Source: Octopus bimaculoides (Eukaryota). From it: 64,000 nucleotides of DNA. Made by a program: the position numbers and the translations under genes. The notes beneath the pieces were generated by a model. It searched no databases. It saw only the letters and a program-made list of their open reading frames with translations, and was not told the DNA's origin. The stretch lies in the NCBI RefSeq assembly GCF_001194135.2, contig NC_068983.1:27562298-27626297 (forward strand). Direction: 5' to 3'. This document shows, one piece after another, positions 27,201 to 39,762 of this stretch. The first letter of the stretch is position 1. Each line of letters opens with the position of its first letter.

Positions 27201-27440
27201 TTTTGGGGAATTGATATTCCGTCTGAAGGACTATTATATAAACCGCAGACATTTCACTAACATGCTCATGCAGTAGTCAACCGAATGAGAGTTCGGTATG
27301 TGTTCGATTAACGTGCTAGAATTGGCAGCCACGTTTCACTCAAATCGCTTTCATCTTTAAAAAGAAAGTATAAGAAAACGGAGGACGGGAAAGAATTTGA
27401 AGTGGAAGGAATAGAAGAGAAGGCTGGTGGTTGTGGAGGG

Positions 27441-27468
27441 GGAGGAGGAGGAGGAGGAGGAGGAGAAA

Positions 27469-27499
<31 letters not shown>

Positions 27500-27566
27500 A
27501 GAAGAAGAAGAAGAAGAAGAAAAACAACAACAACAACAACAACAACAATAACAACAACAACAGCAA

Positions 27567-27597
<31 letters not shown>

Positions 27598-27629
27598 AGC
27601 AGCAGCAGCAACAGCAGCAGTAACAACAA
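27441..27629. repeat. Compound array (GAG)-(AAG)-(AAC)-(AGC)
   Basis: Visible runs; source of the poly-E/K/N/S and poly-C/S/P ORFs. Confidence 0.95.
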
Positions 27630-28021
27630 GTGAATAGACAGAATGACAAAAAGGAAAACAAAAACAGATGCAGAAAAAGCTGACAGAAAAAAAAAAACAG
27701 AAGTAAAAAGTAATTTTATGAAATATTGTGGTATTAATCAATGACTGATATTATAGATATCATTGATAAGCAGTTTGAATCAGATGTAATACATCAAATA
27801 CATGATGATATTCGTTCAATACAATCGGATATTTCATAAAGAGCCATACTCTAGAGTATTGATGATTGATAATAAATATTATGGCTGGTGATTTAGTCTA
27901 GCTTGTGAATCATTTAATAACCGGCGAAAGACACGAGCCACAAGAGGAAAAAAAAAACTATGCAATCGTTCTAGACGAAGAAATAATAATATACTTTTCG
28001 TCAATGATAGGATAGACATAC

Positions 28022-28425
28022 GTAGACATGGCTGAGAGATTAAGAAGCTCGCTTTGCATCTGCGTAGTTTTGGGTATAGTCCCACTCCGTGGCACCTTGC
28101 GAAGGTGTCTTCTACTATAGGCCCGGGCGGACAAAATCCTAGCAAGGGAATTTGGAAGACAGAAACTGTGTGGAAGCTTGTCGTGTGTGTATGTGTTCGT
28201 GTGTGTTACTTTGAGCATGTGTGTATGCGTGTGTATTATGTAGTATTTATTTCCAGTCACCGCTTAATAACTGTTACTGTTTTGCTTTCGTCCACGTAAA
28301 TTAGCGATTCGGCAAAAGGATCTGATAAAATAAACACCACACTTAAAAATCACCACTAGGGTTAATTTGTTTGCTTAAACAATACATCAAAGGTGGCAAT
28401 CCGGAATCGGTGCAGTCCAATCACT
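28022..28425 (+). mobile_element. SINE family B, old divergent near-complete copy
   Basis: GGGTATAGTCCCACTCCGTGGCACCTTGCGAAGGTGTCTTCTACTATAG, an internal GT-rich tract, then TTAGCGATTCGGCAAAAGGATCTGATAAAATAA. Confidence 0.75.
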
Positions 28426-28679
28426 AATACGAAACCAAAACAAAAAGTAAAGGACGGATAATGTGATTGAATGTACATTTAGACTGAGTTAAAGATGTGA
28501 TTTGATCATTAGGTGTCTTCCGTGAGAATTGGCCTGGGATACACAGCAAGTTCTCAGTTTCTCCATCTGGAGAAAGGATAATTACATTATATAGTCTGAC
28601 TAATATTTTAAAATTAAAGAGGTACAACAATTATTTTTTCTCATTTTGCCAGTAAGCTTGAAGAGAGACGCTAGATGAT

Positions 28680-28760
28680 TATTTGACTGGTACTTTTATT
28701 TATCTAGCACGAAAGGATGAAAGACAAAATTAACCTCGGCAGTATTTGGGCCCAGGTCAT
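28680..28760 (-). mobile_element. SINE family A fragment
   Basis: ACTGGTACTT...CGAAAGGATGAAAGACAAAATTAACCTCGGCAG. Confidence 0.65.
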
Positions 28761-30774
28761 TTGTTCTTGTGAGTGGGTGCCAATGTTTATGCATGTATTT
28801 GTGCACATTTATTTATCCTGTTTCACGTATGACTGTGTGGTTTTTATTTTATTTTATTCATTGGTATACGTTTGTGTATGTATATGTGTATGCGTTTCTG
28901 CTTTTGTTGACTCCACTACTTAAGCTTCTGTTTTCTTCGTAAAAGAAAATAGGAAATGTTTTTCTGATTCCTTTGTAAAAGAAGACAGGAACTGTTTGTC
29001 TGATTTCTTCGTAAAATAAGATGGGAATTGTTTGTCTGATGAATATTTAATAAATTTAGAAACTTATCAATTTTTTCTCTACGCAAGATAAAGAAAAACT
29101 TTGGTACGACAACATTATGTTGTTTACTCAGTGAGCTAAACGGTATATATTTCAAATTATCAAACAATGATATATTGTGCATTATTAATTAATTCATTAG
29201 CTGACTACGCTACCATCAGATGTATTGTCATGCAAAAAGGTCAAATCATTTTAGATATATCCAACTTTATGTCGTAGAAAACTAAAATTAATAATCTCTC
29301 TTAGAGTAGAATATGACTAAATTTTCTCAAACAGAAATAGGATATGGAGAGAGTCCTCTTTTCACGCTCACGAACATTTAAAATCTGCAGTGTAATATCC
29401 TTGTTCGTTTTCAAAGAGACAATAACTATACTTATCAAAAATGCTTTGCATTACATTTCTAAATATCCAGAACAGTATGTGCAACATTGTTTAGAGTTTA
29501 ATCTGTAGATTAATTATTTAATGAGTTTCGGCACATGTACTGTTATGCATATTAGACAGACCAGTCAATGGAGATATTTATAGTTTTAAATCCTTACCTT
29601 AGACTGGTGAATATAAATTATTATCCACCAAATTAAATGACGTTACGATATTATTGGGTACCTATCGCCTGAGCTCTAGTTTGTCATTGTTGATAAAATA
29701 AGTTCAAGTAATATTCAAGTACAATCTAAGCTGCAATTTTAAACTATTCTGTCGATGTAAGGAATTAAAACTATTGCCGCAGAACACTACTAGGCGTGGA
29801 TAGCTATGGATTAAGACCACTAAATACATTCTTTTAATTTCAGATATATCAGTAATATAGTTTGAAAGAGTATGAAGTTCACAATACTACGCTTGTGAAT
29901 AAGTTTTCTTTTACAAGATGCGATCTTCTTGCCATACGGTACCACATATTTCTGATTTATGATAAATTACTAATATAATTGCCAACAAGTAATTCAATAA
30001 TGTTTTTTAATTATCACAACGATTATCATCGTCGTCATCGTCGTAGCCACCATTATTGTTATCGTCATCATCATCATTATCATCATCTTCGCAACCGGTT
30101 ATAAATATATTATTAGTAATTCTCGTGCTGTGAAATACTGCACTTGTACTACATAATACAACTATTTTCAAAGAATTAACAATGAAGAAAATTAATTATG
30201 TACATTATTGGTCTCTCTCCAAAACAGATAATTTCCATGTGATAATTATTCGTTTTGAAATTTATTCAAAACTTAATTCGATTTAGAGATACAAAAATGC
30301 AAATATACATAACTAGCAAGATAGTTGCATATATGCATATACATATATATACGTATATGTATGTGTATATGTATGTGTGTATGTGTGTGTGTGCGCATGT
30401 CAGTGCGTACGTGTGTGCGTGCGTACGTGTGTGCGTGCGCACACAAATACATATATTTCTGGTCAGGAAGACGTAATATTTATTTTGCTTTTAGTCAGTG
30501 TGAAAATTTATTACCCGTGACATTTTTAGAAGACCTGCGATACTGCTGGCAATGAAGATGTCAATGTTCTCAAACATGGAGAAAGAGCGAATACTTCTAA
30601 CTGTTAAATCCATTAAAAGTGTACTTAAGGTGGTGATACTGCTAAACCGGGCTACGGATTAGGGTCGACCACGCAAGCAGACCAGAGAAATATCTGAACT
30701 CAGAATGCAGAGAGCCAGTATATTTCATTACATATGTACAACGATTTTAAAGGTCCACTAGACCACTATCTTGA

Positions 30775-30935
30775 AATGATATTTGTTTCTTACTGATCTC
30801 CAACGAGTGGAAGCTAATTTGACCTCAGCGAGAAATTAATCCATCGAGATTTGAACTCAGAACCCAGTAATTCCGAACAAATATTAGGAGTCATTTTATC
30901 CGATGTTTTAAGAACTATTCTAATTTACCACCTTG
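30775..30935 (-). mobile_element. SINE family A, decayed fragment
   Basis: GAGATTTGAACTCAGAAC (B-box-like on the minus strand) with a decayed head. Confidence 0.55.
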
Positions 30936-31257
30936 TGATATATACGTAACAAAATCTTGAACAATGCTAAAATATGATTTTTGCAACAGCAAACCTACTG
31001 AGATTTTGTTTAATTAATTATTGTATAATATATGGCATACCTAGTTTGATACAATAAATTTTAGCATCACTGTAAAAAAATATGTCAAACATTTAGAGTA
31101 ATCAGATTTTTATCTATCTGTGTCAAAAAAAAAAGAACCGCTGTGACTATTTTTTAGTCTTTGTGTTATTACGGCAGAGAAAGGTGACCATCATTCTCAC
31201 TGGAGAGATTAGTTTATAGGCATTTATAGAGCAAAGAAGAAACATCTATACCACAGT

Positions 31258-31490
31258 TTACTCTTTTACTCTTTCACTGATTTCAATAATTAGACTGTGG
31301 CCGTGCTAGAGCACCGCCTTTAGTCAAACAAATCGACTCCAGGACTTATTATTTACACACCAACATCGGTTGTCAAGCGATGGTGAGGGAGACAAACACA
31401 GACACAAATACATACACACACATATATATACATACGACGGGCTTCTTTCATCTTGCGTCTACCAAATCCATTTACATGGCTTTGGGCCAG
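31258..31490 (-). mobile_element. SINE family B, 5'-truncated
   Basis: GACTGTGGCCGTGCTAGAGCACCGCCTTTAG...GTTGTCAAGCGATGG...CGACGGGCTTCTTTCA...TACCAAATCCA. Confidence 0.85.
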
Positions 31491-31608
31491 GCTTAGGACT
31501 CAATCCCAGTATGTGGCATATTGTGCAAATGCTTTCTATTGTAGCCCTGGACCGACTAATGTCTTGTGAGTGAATATGATAGAGGCAGACATTCTGTGGA
31601 AGTCCATT

Positions 31609-31615
<7 letters not shown>
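31491..31615 (+). mobile_element. SINE family B 5' fragment, inverted against the adjacent copy
   Basis: GGACTCAATCCCAGTATGTGGCATATTGTGCAAATGCTTTCTATTGTAGCCCTGGACCGACTAATGTCTTGTGAGTG is a divergent match to 61715-61830. Confidence 0.7.
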
Positions 31616-31672
<57 letters not shown>

Positions 31673-32626
31673 AATGGTGGACTGTGTCTAAAGATATTGG
31701 TTGGCAGGAGACTAAGGGGACCTACCCGCAACTACCATGATATCATTTAATTCCTTTTGTTTTGTTCTTTTGTTAAAAGTATTTTTTTCAACTATCTATA
31801 AACAGCCAGGAGTGAACAAAAAATTCTCAAATTTGACGGATGGGAACTTTAGATACTAACATGGGCTTCCATATATGAATTCTAATGTCACAAGCTGGTA
31901 AACTGGCCAGTGTATATATATAGTGAGAATTTACAGAAAAACAAAAGACGTGCGTGTCTTTATGAATATGTGCTCGCGCAAGGGTGTGATTGTGTGGTTG
32001 AGATTGTATCTGTATATGTGTTCTCCACCCCTTCTTTACATCTGTTGTTGGATATTTTACGTCTCTATATCTTGGCAGTTTAGAAATGGAGCCGATAGAA
32101 TAAGTACCACGTTTTAAAATATGTACTGCTGTAGAATGACTGAATCAATTTCGACATCACTATGAAAAATAAACAATGTGCTTCCGCCAGTGTTTTATCC
32201 GCCCGTGGACAAATAAGGAGGGATACATTTTGGTATTTCCTAGTCTTCTTAGATATACATTAGAGAAAGAATATTTGTTATCCATCTCCGAAGAGATTAG
32301 TAACTTATGCAGCTAGTCATTTTGTTCAATATTCACATCAGGGCTTAAACTGTTTGTTAAAATGTACAAAATTTACGAAACAATCGTATGAAACGTATGA
32401 ATGTTTCATAAAACAAATTCTATTTAAATATGCTCAATGGTGTAATACATCGAAATTCTAGGCTTCAAACAAACCATATCAAACACATGTACACGCACAC
32501 ACAAACACTCACACACACAAGCATATATACGTATGTATGTATGTATATATGTGTCAAGCCCATTTGCGTTTATCTGCATCACAACCCCTCCCTCTTCCTC
32601 CTTTTCTCTCTATATGTGAATGTGTG

Positions 32627-32662
<36 letters not shown>

Positions 32663-34225
32663 NNNNNNNNNNNNNNNNNNNNNNNNNNNNNNNNNNNNNN
32701 NNNNNNNNNNNNNNNNNNNNNNNNNNNNNNNNNNNNNNNNNNNNNNNNNNNNNNNNNNNNNNNNNNNNNNNNNNNNNNNNNNNNNNNNNNNNNNNNNNNN
32801 NNNNNNNNNNNNNNNNNNNNNNNNNNNNNNNNNNNNNNNNNNNNNNNNNNNNNNNNNNNNNNNNNNNNNNNNNNNNNNNNNNNNNNNNNNNNNNNNNNNN
32901 NNNNNNNNNNNNNNNNNNNNNNNNNNNNNNNNNNNNNNNNNNNNNNNNNNNNNNNNNNNNNNNNNNNNNNNNNNNNNNNNNNNNNNNNNNNNNNNNNNNN
33001 NNNNNNNNNNNNNNNNNNNNNNNNNNNNATATATATATATATACATATACTTATATAAACGCATTTAATTCAAACATTAGCTACACAGCCAACACATTGG
33101 CCACATGCCAGTATGGGTTTGAGAACAATGCAACGCTTTTTGTTGCTGTTTAAAACTAGGACATCTCCAACAAAGCAAATCTATCTTCAAAAGCGTTTCT
33201 GGTCCTGCTCGTTGCATTGTATTTCCATACATCGTTTACGGTTTGCTATATGACCCATCCTTTGAAAAATTATAGTGTGGTTTGGAGTACAATTTGTTAC
33301 TATTTCTAACCAGTCAATCTTTACAAAAGAACCTCACTGGTACATGTTTGTTGTAATTAGTGTGATAGAAATGGAAGTTTGTCACGGAAGTTCATCATTT
33401 GTAACTAAACATTGTAAACGGAATTAGTTTGGCACTGTATTTACTCAAATATAGATTGGTTTGGGTATATAACGACCCGAACTGACCTACATTAAATCAA
33501 TGGATGTGCAATAAGTAACTAAACAACATACATGAAGTAATTACAGTCGATATTAGCTTAGGATAAGCTGCGATAAGGATAGATGTCCACTTCAAATAAG
33601 AAGATGGGTCTGTTGTTGTTCTTGTTGTTGTTTTTATTGTTATTGGTTCTGTTGTTCTTTTTGTTGTTGTTGTTGTTGTTGTTTAGACCTAAGCCAGAAG
33701 ACAATTATGTTGAATGACAAACGAACTGTTCTCATCCAGCTGTGCTCACGCGTGTGTTTGAATATGTGTGCGCGTATTGTGTGCAATATGCTATATATTT
33801 CTGTGAATGGCATCTATTTTCAAAACGGTTATATGTCACAGAATGGGATCTGGCTGTTATTTCTAACAGCTTGAGTGACTACAAAATACATTCCTCCAAT
33901 AAGTTAATGTAAACCATACATTTTCTGGAGACTTGTGTATTCAAGCTTGCATTAAGACTTACCAGCCTACAATGATTCTGTTTATTTTTTTTTATATTTC
34001 TCTATTAATATTATTGTCATGGCTTAATAAGATTTTTGTAATAACTCCGGGTACACCATAAAAAATTCCTAGTGATAATTCCCCTCCTGGATTTCCTCTA
34101 ACTACTATTAATTGTTGCCATTTATTTTTTAATTTAGCAATACAAGTATCATGCAACTCAGGCTGTACTATCAACTGATCATTAGTTATAATCCCGAATG
34201 CATACTGTCGTATGTTATATTTGGT

Positions 34226-34608
34226 GGAGGCGCAATGGCCCAGTGGTTAAGGCAACGGACTCACGGTCATAGGATCGCGGTTTCGATTCCCAGACAGGGT
34301 GTTGTGAGTGTTTATTGAGCGAAAACAGCTAAAGCTCCACAAGGCTCCGGCAGGGGATGGTGGCGAACCCTGCTGTACACTTTCACCACAGCTTTCTTTC
34401 ACACTTCCTTCCTGTTTCTGTTGTACCTGTATTTCAAAGGTCAAGCCTTGTCACATTCTGTGTCACGCTGAATCTCCCCGAGAACTACGTTAAGGGTACA
34501 CGTGTCTGTGTTGTGCTCAGCCACTTGTACGTTAATTTCATGAGCAGGCTGTTCCGTTGATCGGATTAACTGGAACCCTCATCGTCGTAACCGACGGAGT
34601 GCCAGCAC
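34226..34608 (+). mobile_element. SINE family C, full length
   Basis: tRNA-like head GGAGGCGCAATGGCCCAGTGG (A box) and GGTTTCGATTCC (B box). 7-bp TSD ATTTGGT at 34219-25 and 34609-15. Confidence 0.93.
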
Positions 34609-35606
34609 ATTTGGTAATAAACTTTTGAACGTTTCATCTATTTGCTTATTTTGAAATAATTTCAATAAGGAGAAATAGAAGGACGAGTGTAATGATAAAC
34701 TAGAGCTCAGATGAATTGAAAGCTGAAGATTGTTTCTAATTTTTGGCTTGTGCAAAGTTAGAATTGAGCTTTTACGTTTATTTTTCTGTATCTACCAACG
34801 AACATGTAAAAAATATGTAAACGTGGGCTCCCTCTTCGATTACAGTTTTACCCTAATTAAAAAATTATATATATTGTTTGGAAAGAATCTTATAGCCGAA
34901 CAATTAATTTTTAGCAGTATCAAATTACCCATGCTTACATCGTATTGAAAACTACGCTATGTAAATTTGACAAAGACCGAAATTAAGCAGCATGATGGAT
35001 GTTTTGGAAAATAAACGCGAAAGTATGAGACGTTGATCATGTAACTGGTGTTCGTCTAATTATTTATCTCTTACCAGGAGAAATGTAATAGTGTATAATA
35101 AAAATCTACCGGAAATATATCTTCTCTTTAATGTAATATGATCGTTTTATATGCATAAGATTTGATTACACTCGCTAATTACTTACATAACCCAGTTTCA
35201 GAGGAAATTACTAGCTGTATTAATACTAATATTTTGGCAAATATTTAAACTAACAACTGTCTGTCTAGGCAAATATTGATAGACATCAAATTAGTTAGAT
35301 ACATCATTTTCATTTAACAAACCTCTGCTGTTACTCCACGAAGTATTTATTTCAGTGTGATATTAACTATTCATCGATATAGGACAATCAGTTGTGCAAT
35401 GATCTCGCATATATATTTCTCATGTTATTTAGATATTAAAACTGTGTTTAAAGAAGTCTTACGAGTCGCTTAATTTTAATTAATGATCTATTATGAATTA
35501 GTAACTATAAACGACAATGTTTAAAATTCGATTTATCCCTTATACACAACAGCAGCAGCACACATTCTCACATACAGATATGTGTTCGTGTGTGTGTGTG
35601 TGTGTG

Positions 35607-35643
<37 letters not shown>

Positions 35644-35918
35644 ACATGTGTGTGGTGGTTGTTAGCCCATGTCCTTCTGCACACTCAGCTTCTTTTCCTA
35701 TTCCTTCTAAGGAATTGCTCAAAAAGTTAGTGTAACCGGGCAAATGAAAGTTAGTGCAAGGCAAACAAACGGATCATACGTGCTTAGAATACCGCCGGTA
35801 GAGTATAAAATTGACAGTAATTTGCTCACATGAGCTAAATTACAAGTTTCCCTGCAAGTAATGGCACTAGTCTTCTTTATAAGAATTGATCATATCATAT
35901 ATTAATGTATTCGTAATG

Positions 35919-36131
35919 CGAGGGTGTGCTGAAAAGGTCTTGGCTTTGGATAAATGAAAATACAAAAGGATCAATTAATTATGATTTTATTCAACATATT
36001 CCCCTCTCAGATTCACACACTTACTGCAGTTTTGCTTCAGTTTTTCTAAGCCCTGTAAAGGAATTCGGAATGTTGGGCCTCCAGCCAGGCCTTTCGTGAC
36101 ACCCTTAAAGCCAGGAACTTTTCATCACTCG
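35919..36131 (-). mobile_element. Mariner-derived MITE (213 bp)
   Basis: Imperfect TIRs CGAGGGTGTGCTGAAAAGGTCTTGGCTTT / AAAGCCAGGAACTTTTCATCACTCG; TA at right, TG at left. Minus strand keeps a transposase C-terminus: LEKLKQNCSKCVNLRGEYVE*. Confidence 0.8.
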
Positions 36132-38524
36132 TAGAACTGTGTTTGCAGTCCCTTACTTTGACACATTGCTAAAATTTGTTGATCAGCTTACCAAGGCCAT
36201 TGGTGAGCAGTTACATACTAAGGTGCAGATAGCTCATGTTTGACATAGTATGAAAGAAGACAGATGCAGACAGAAGGATGTAAATCAGGTCAGATTATAT
36301 GATTGAATGGATTTGAACACAATATACCCTATATTTACGATCTGGACAATAAATGCTGATAACCGATGAGGGCAGGAAACACAGATGAAAAATTGCACAC
36401 TCTCAATGTTTGTTATAAGTGAAAATCAAAGTGAAGATAACTACATTGAAGCAACAATGAAAAATAAAGAAGCCATAGGATAAAATATAATGATATTTAA
36501 ATACCAGTCATTAATAAACATATTAAAAATATCCCTAGTTTCGATTTGGATCTTTACTAATAACATCAATGTAGCTTAGTGGTCTCCGTCGTCTATGAGG
36601 GTACTGAAGTGTACACAACATAACATTCTCCAAAGCTTGCTGTTTTGTACGATAGCAGTGACATTCAAATCCGCCATCGCGTTGGGTAAGATAGCACAGA
36701 TCACAGGAATTTGTCCGTTATTCTCCTGTTTTTGGTCTTATACTCATGTCATGCGATGCTATGGGCGGTTATACAAAGACAGCCACAAATACCATAGTGC
36801 ACTTTTTGTCGCCATACAAAAGAATGCTCTCTCCATATACCCTGTTGGAAGAAAACTAAATTCATTTACTTTGAACTGCTTGACTGCCAGATGTTTTGAA
36901 GCATTTCTTTATTGTAAGAAACCTAGGAATTTAGGTACAGGAGATTCGAGGCTTACTTGCATTTTCTACGAGGTATGAAAGAAATTAGCAACAGGCTTTC
37001 TTTCATGGTAACTAGAATTTAGAAATGGAAATATAAATTTAGAATAGATTAATAGATATTTCGAGAAGCTTTCTATCATAGTTGTAAGTCTGATTTTTGC
37101 CAGAATCATAAATATTCATGATCAGGGGCTAAAAAATAAGCAAAACACAATTTGCTGGAAAGTTTACAACATGTTATTTCTCATACGTATCCACTATTTA
37201 TACAGCTTGCTAGATTAAAACATGGTGTAAGTTTCTTGCATGTATTTTCACTTCGCTTAAGCAGATAATGCTCATGGCAAAAGAATGAACGCACAACATG
37301 CCATTGTCAAAAACACATTAAAAAATATTGCACCTTGTCAAAAGGAAAGCATTATGTATATCCAGTAGAAATAACTCAACAAAAGCAACAAAAACAAAAT
37401 CAAGAACAAAAAAAACAGAAGTAACAATACTTTTTTTTTACATGATTAAAAAATCAATTGTATAACTGCCGTTTGATGCGAACTTTCAACGAAATAATTA
37501 ACATTTTACCGCACTTAATTTGACTACATTATGAAATAATTTATGCTTGGTTGAGTAAATTTTCTGCTGGACAAGCATGAATGCAGTTACCCATATCTCA
37601 CAGGCTATCAGAAAGAGTTAGAGTAATAAGCACGCTATTTCTATGATTATATGTGGTTGGCATTTTCTATCAAGAACGGTGATTGTTTCGGACCATAGGT
37701 GATATAACGATTCCTTAACTTGTATGCTCGACATATCAAATTGTTAATTAGCTACACAAAACTGATAAAACTTCAGTAGCCTAACGGATATAATTCATAG
37801 CAAATTAAGGAATTTTCACTAAACACACATCATACGATTCACCAAGAATAAAAGCGGTTTAAACAGTTAAAATGAATAGTGGATATCGATTATTTATTGC
37901 TAATAACAAAAACAAGCAAATTATTCTGAGGTTCTGATTTCCATTCTTTATATTTGACCCTATATNNNNNNNNNNNNNNNNNNNNNNNNNNNNNNNNNNN
38001 NNNNNNNNNNNNNNNNNNNNNNNNNNNNNNNNNNNNNNNNNNNNNNNNNNNNNNNNNNNNNNNNNNNNNNNNNNNNNNNNNNNNNNNNNNNNNNNNNNNN
38101 NNNNNNNNNNNNNNNNNNNNNNNNNNNNNNNNNNNNNNNNNNNNNNNNNNNNNNNNNNNNNNNNNNNNNNNNNNNNNNNNNNNNNNNNNNNNNNNNNNNN
38201 NNNNATATATATATATATATATATATATAATTACTAAAATTCAGCGGTGTAATTATGTTCTATTTTCTTGACATTATCTCTGCGCTGGAACAGAGCCAGT
38301 AAACCAAGAAAATATAATCGTTTTATTAATGACCAGGATGGCGTGTAAATATACTTACATTCATATGTGTGTGTGTGTGTGTGTCTGTGTTTATATGTTG
38401 ATTTACATACACACTCCCAGAATCACACATACACACACATATGTGTGTGTGTATGTAGTTTTGCATGTATGTATGTATACAGATAAGCACATAAACAAAA
38501 GACGGAAAGACAGACAATCGTACA

Positions 38525-38650
38525 GCATTTCGTCCATCTTTACGTTCTCTGTTCAAATGCAGCCAAGTTCGACTTTATCTTTCATCCTTTCGGAGTCGTT
38601 AAAATGAGTACCAGTTGAGCACTTTCTGGCCTTGTGCCGAAATTTGAAAC
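38525..38650 (+). mobile_element. SINE family A, short-tail copy
   Basis: GTTCAAATGCAGCC...CTTTCATCCTTTCGGAGTCGTTAAAATGAGTACCAGTTGAGCAC...GGCCTTGTGCCGAAATTTGAAACC. Confidence 0.75.
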
Positions 38651-38982
38651 CGATATTTCGGTGTTTTCTCTCTCAATATGAGTAACATAAATTATTTAGA
38701 TAACGATTTAATCTTTTTATTAATTATGTAATCTTAATTAGATTCAATTTTTTGACTCTCCAAATTAAGTGTGTTTGCTTCTCATTTACTATAATTTTTT
38801 TATGTATAAATATTGATCTTGTGAATTAAACAAAAATGAAATCAAATCGGACAAACATTCACAAAAATAACTAATTCATTAAGGACGTAAATAACATAAA
38901 GATATTCTTGCTCTTTATGTGATCAGTGTTTTGATGTACAACTAACCCGTGTCTATAAATAACGTTAGATTCGAAAGGTGTA

Positions 38983-39370
38983 GATAGGTTGGCACTCCGT
39001 CGCTTACGACGTCGAGGGTTCCAGTTGATCCGATCAACGGAACGGCCTGCTTGTGAAATTAACGTGCAAGTGGCTGAGCACTCCACAGGCACGTGTACCC
39101 TTAACGTAGTTCTCGGGGATATTCAGCGTGACACAGTGTGACGAGGCTGACCCTTTGAATTACAGGCACAACAGTAACAGGAAGTAAGAGAGAGAAAGAG
39201 TTGTGGTGGAAGAGTACAGCAGGGCTCGCCACCATCCTCATGCCGGAGCCTCGTGGAGCTTTAGCTCTTTTCGCTCAATAAACACTCACAACGCCCGGTC
39301 TGGGAATCGAAACCGCGATCCTATGACCGCGAGTCCGCTGCCCATCCACTGGGCCATTGCGCCTCCACTA
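38983..39370 (-). mobile_element. SINE family C, full length
   Basis: Reverse complement of the 34226 copy. 10-bp TSD GAAAGGTGTA at 38973-82 and 39371-80. Confidence 0.93.
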
Positions 39371-39559
39371 GAAAGGTGTATTGTATATTAAACGGCAAAA
39401 GACAGAATTCCTTGTTTTGTACATACGTGTGTGAGTATAATGACTATGGCATATATTTTCATGTAAGGTATTTTATCACAAATATAAAACTAGCTCATCA
39501 AGATATTACACTGTAAACAGAGCTGGGCTCGTTTGTCTAATAATCTTGTTTTACTGTGC

Positions 39560-39762
39560 GTATGCAGTCTGAAATTTTGGTGGGCGGGAGCGGAGGGAAG
39601 TTAATTACATCGACGCCAGTAGTCAACTGATACTTTATCGACTCCGAAAAGATTAAAAGCAAATGCAACCTCGACGGAATGTGAACTCAAAATGTAAAAA
39701 CAGACGAAATGCTGGTCCGTATTTTGTCAGGATTGCCCAAAATTCTGCGAGCTCGCTGCCTT
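39560..39762 (-). mobile_element. SINE family A, divergent
   Basis: TACATCGACGCCAGTAGTCAACTGATACTTTATCGACTCCGAAAAGATTAAAAGC...GTGAACTCAAAATG...GAGCTCGCTGCCTT. Confidence 0.75.

Noticed and set aside
27245-27360. Two hammerhead-like strings on the minus strand (CUGcAUGA..GAAA.UGUC; AGAUGA..GAAACG)
   Set aside because: Both cores are broken and stem I does not pair.
29598-29730. Minus-strand segment bounded by a good acceptor and a GTAAGG donor
   Set aside because: Stops in all three frames; only a non-coding exon is possible and nothing supports one.
33964-34174. 60-aa minus-strand ORF (GELSLGIFYGVPGV...) near a strong G|GTAAGT donor
   Set aside because: An in-frame TAA lies before the donor, and the resemblance to any known motif is too weak to name.
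34226-34305. tRNA-like sequences with A and B boxes (also 14500-14574 and 61671-61730)
   Set aside because: They are SINE heads fused to repeat bodies and lack a complete cloverleaf, so they are not tRNA genes.
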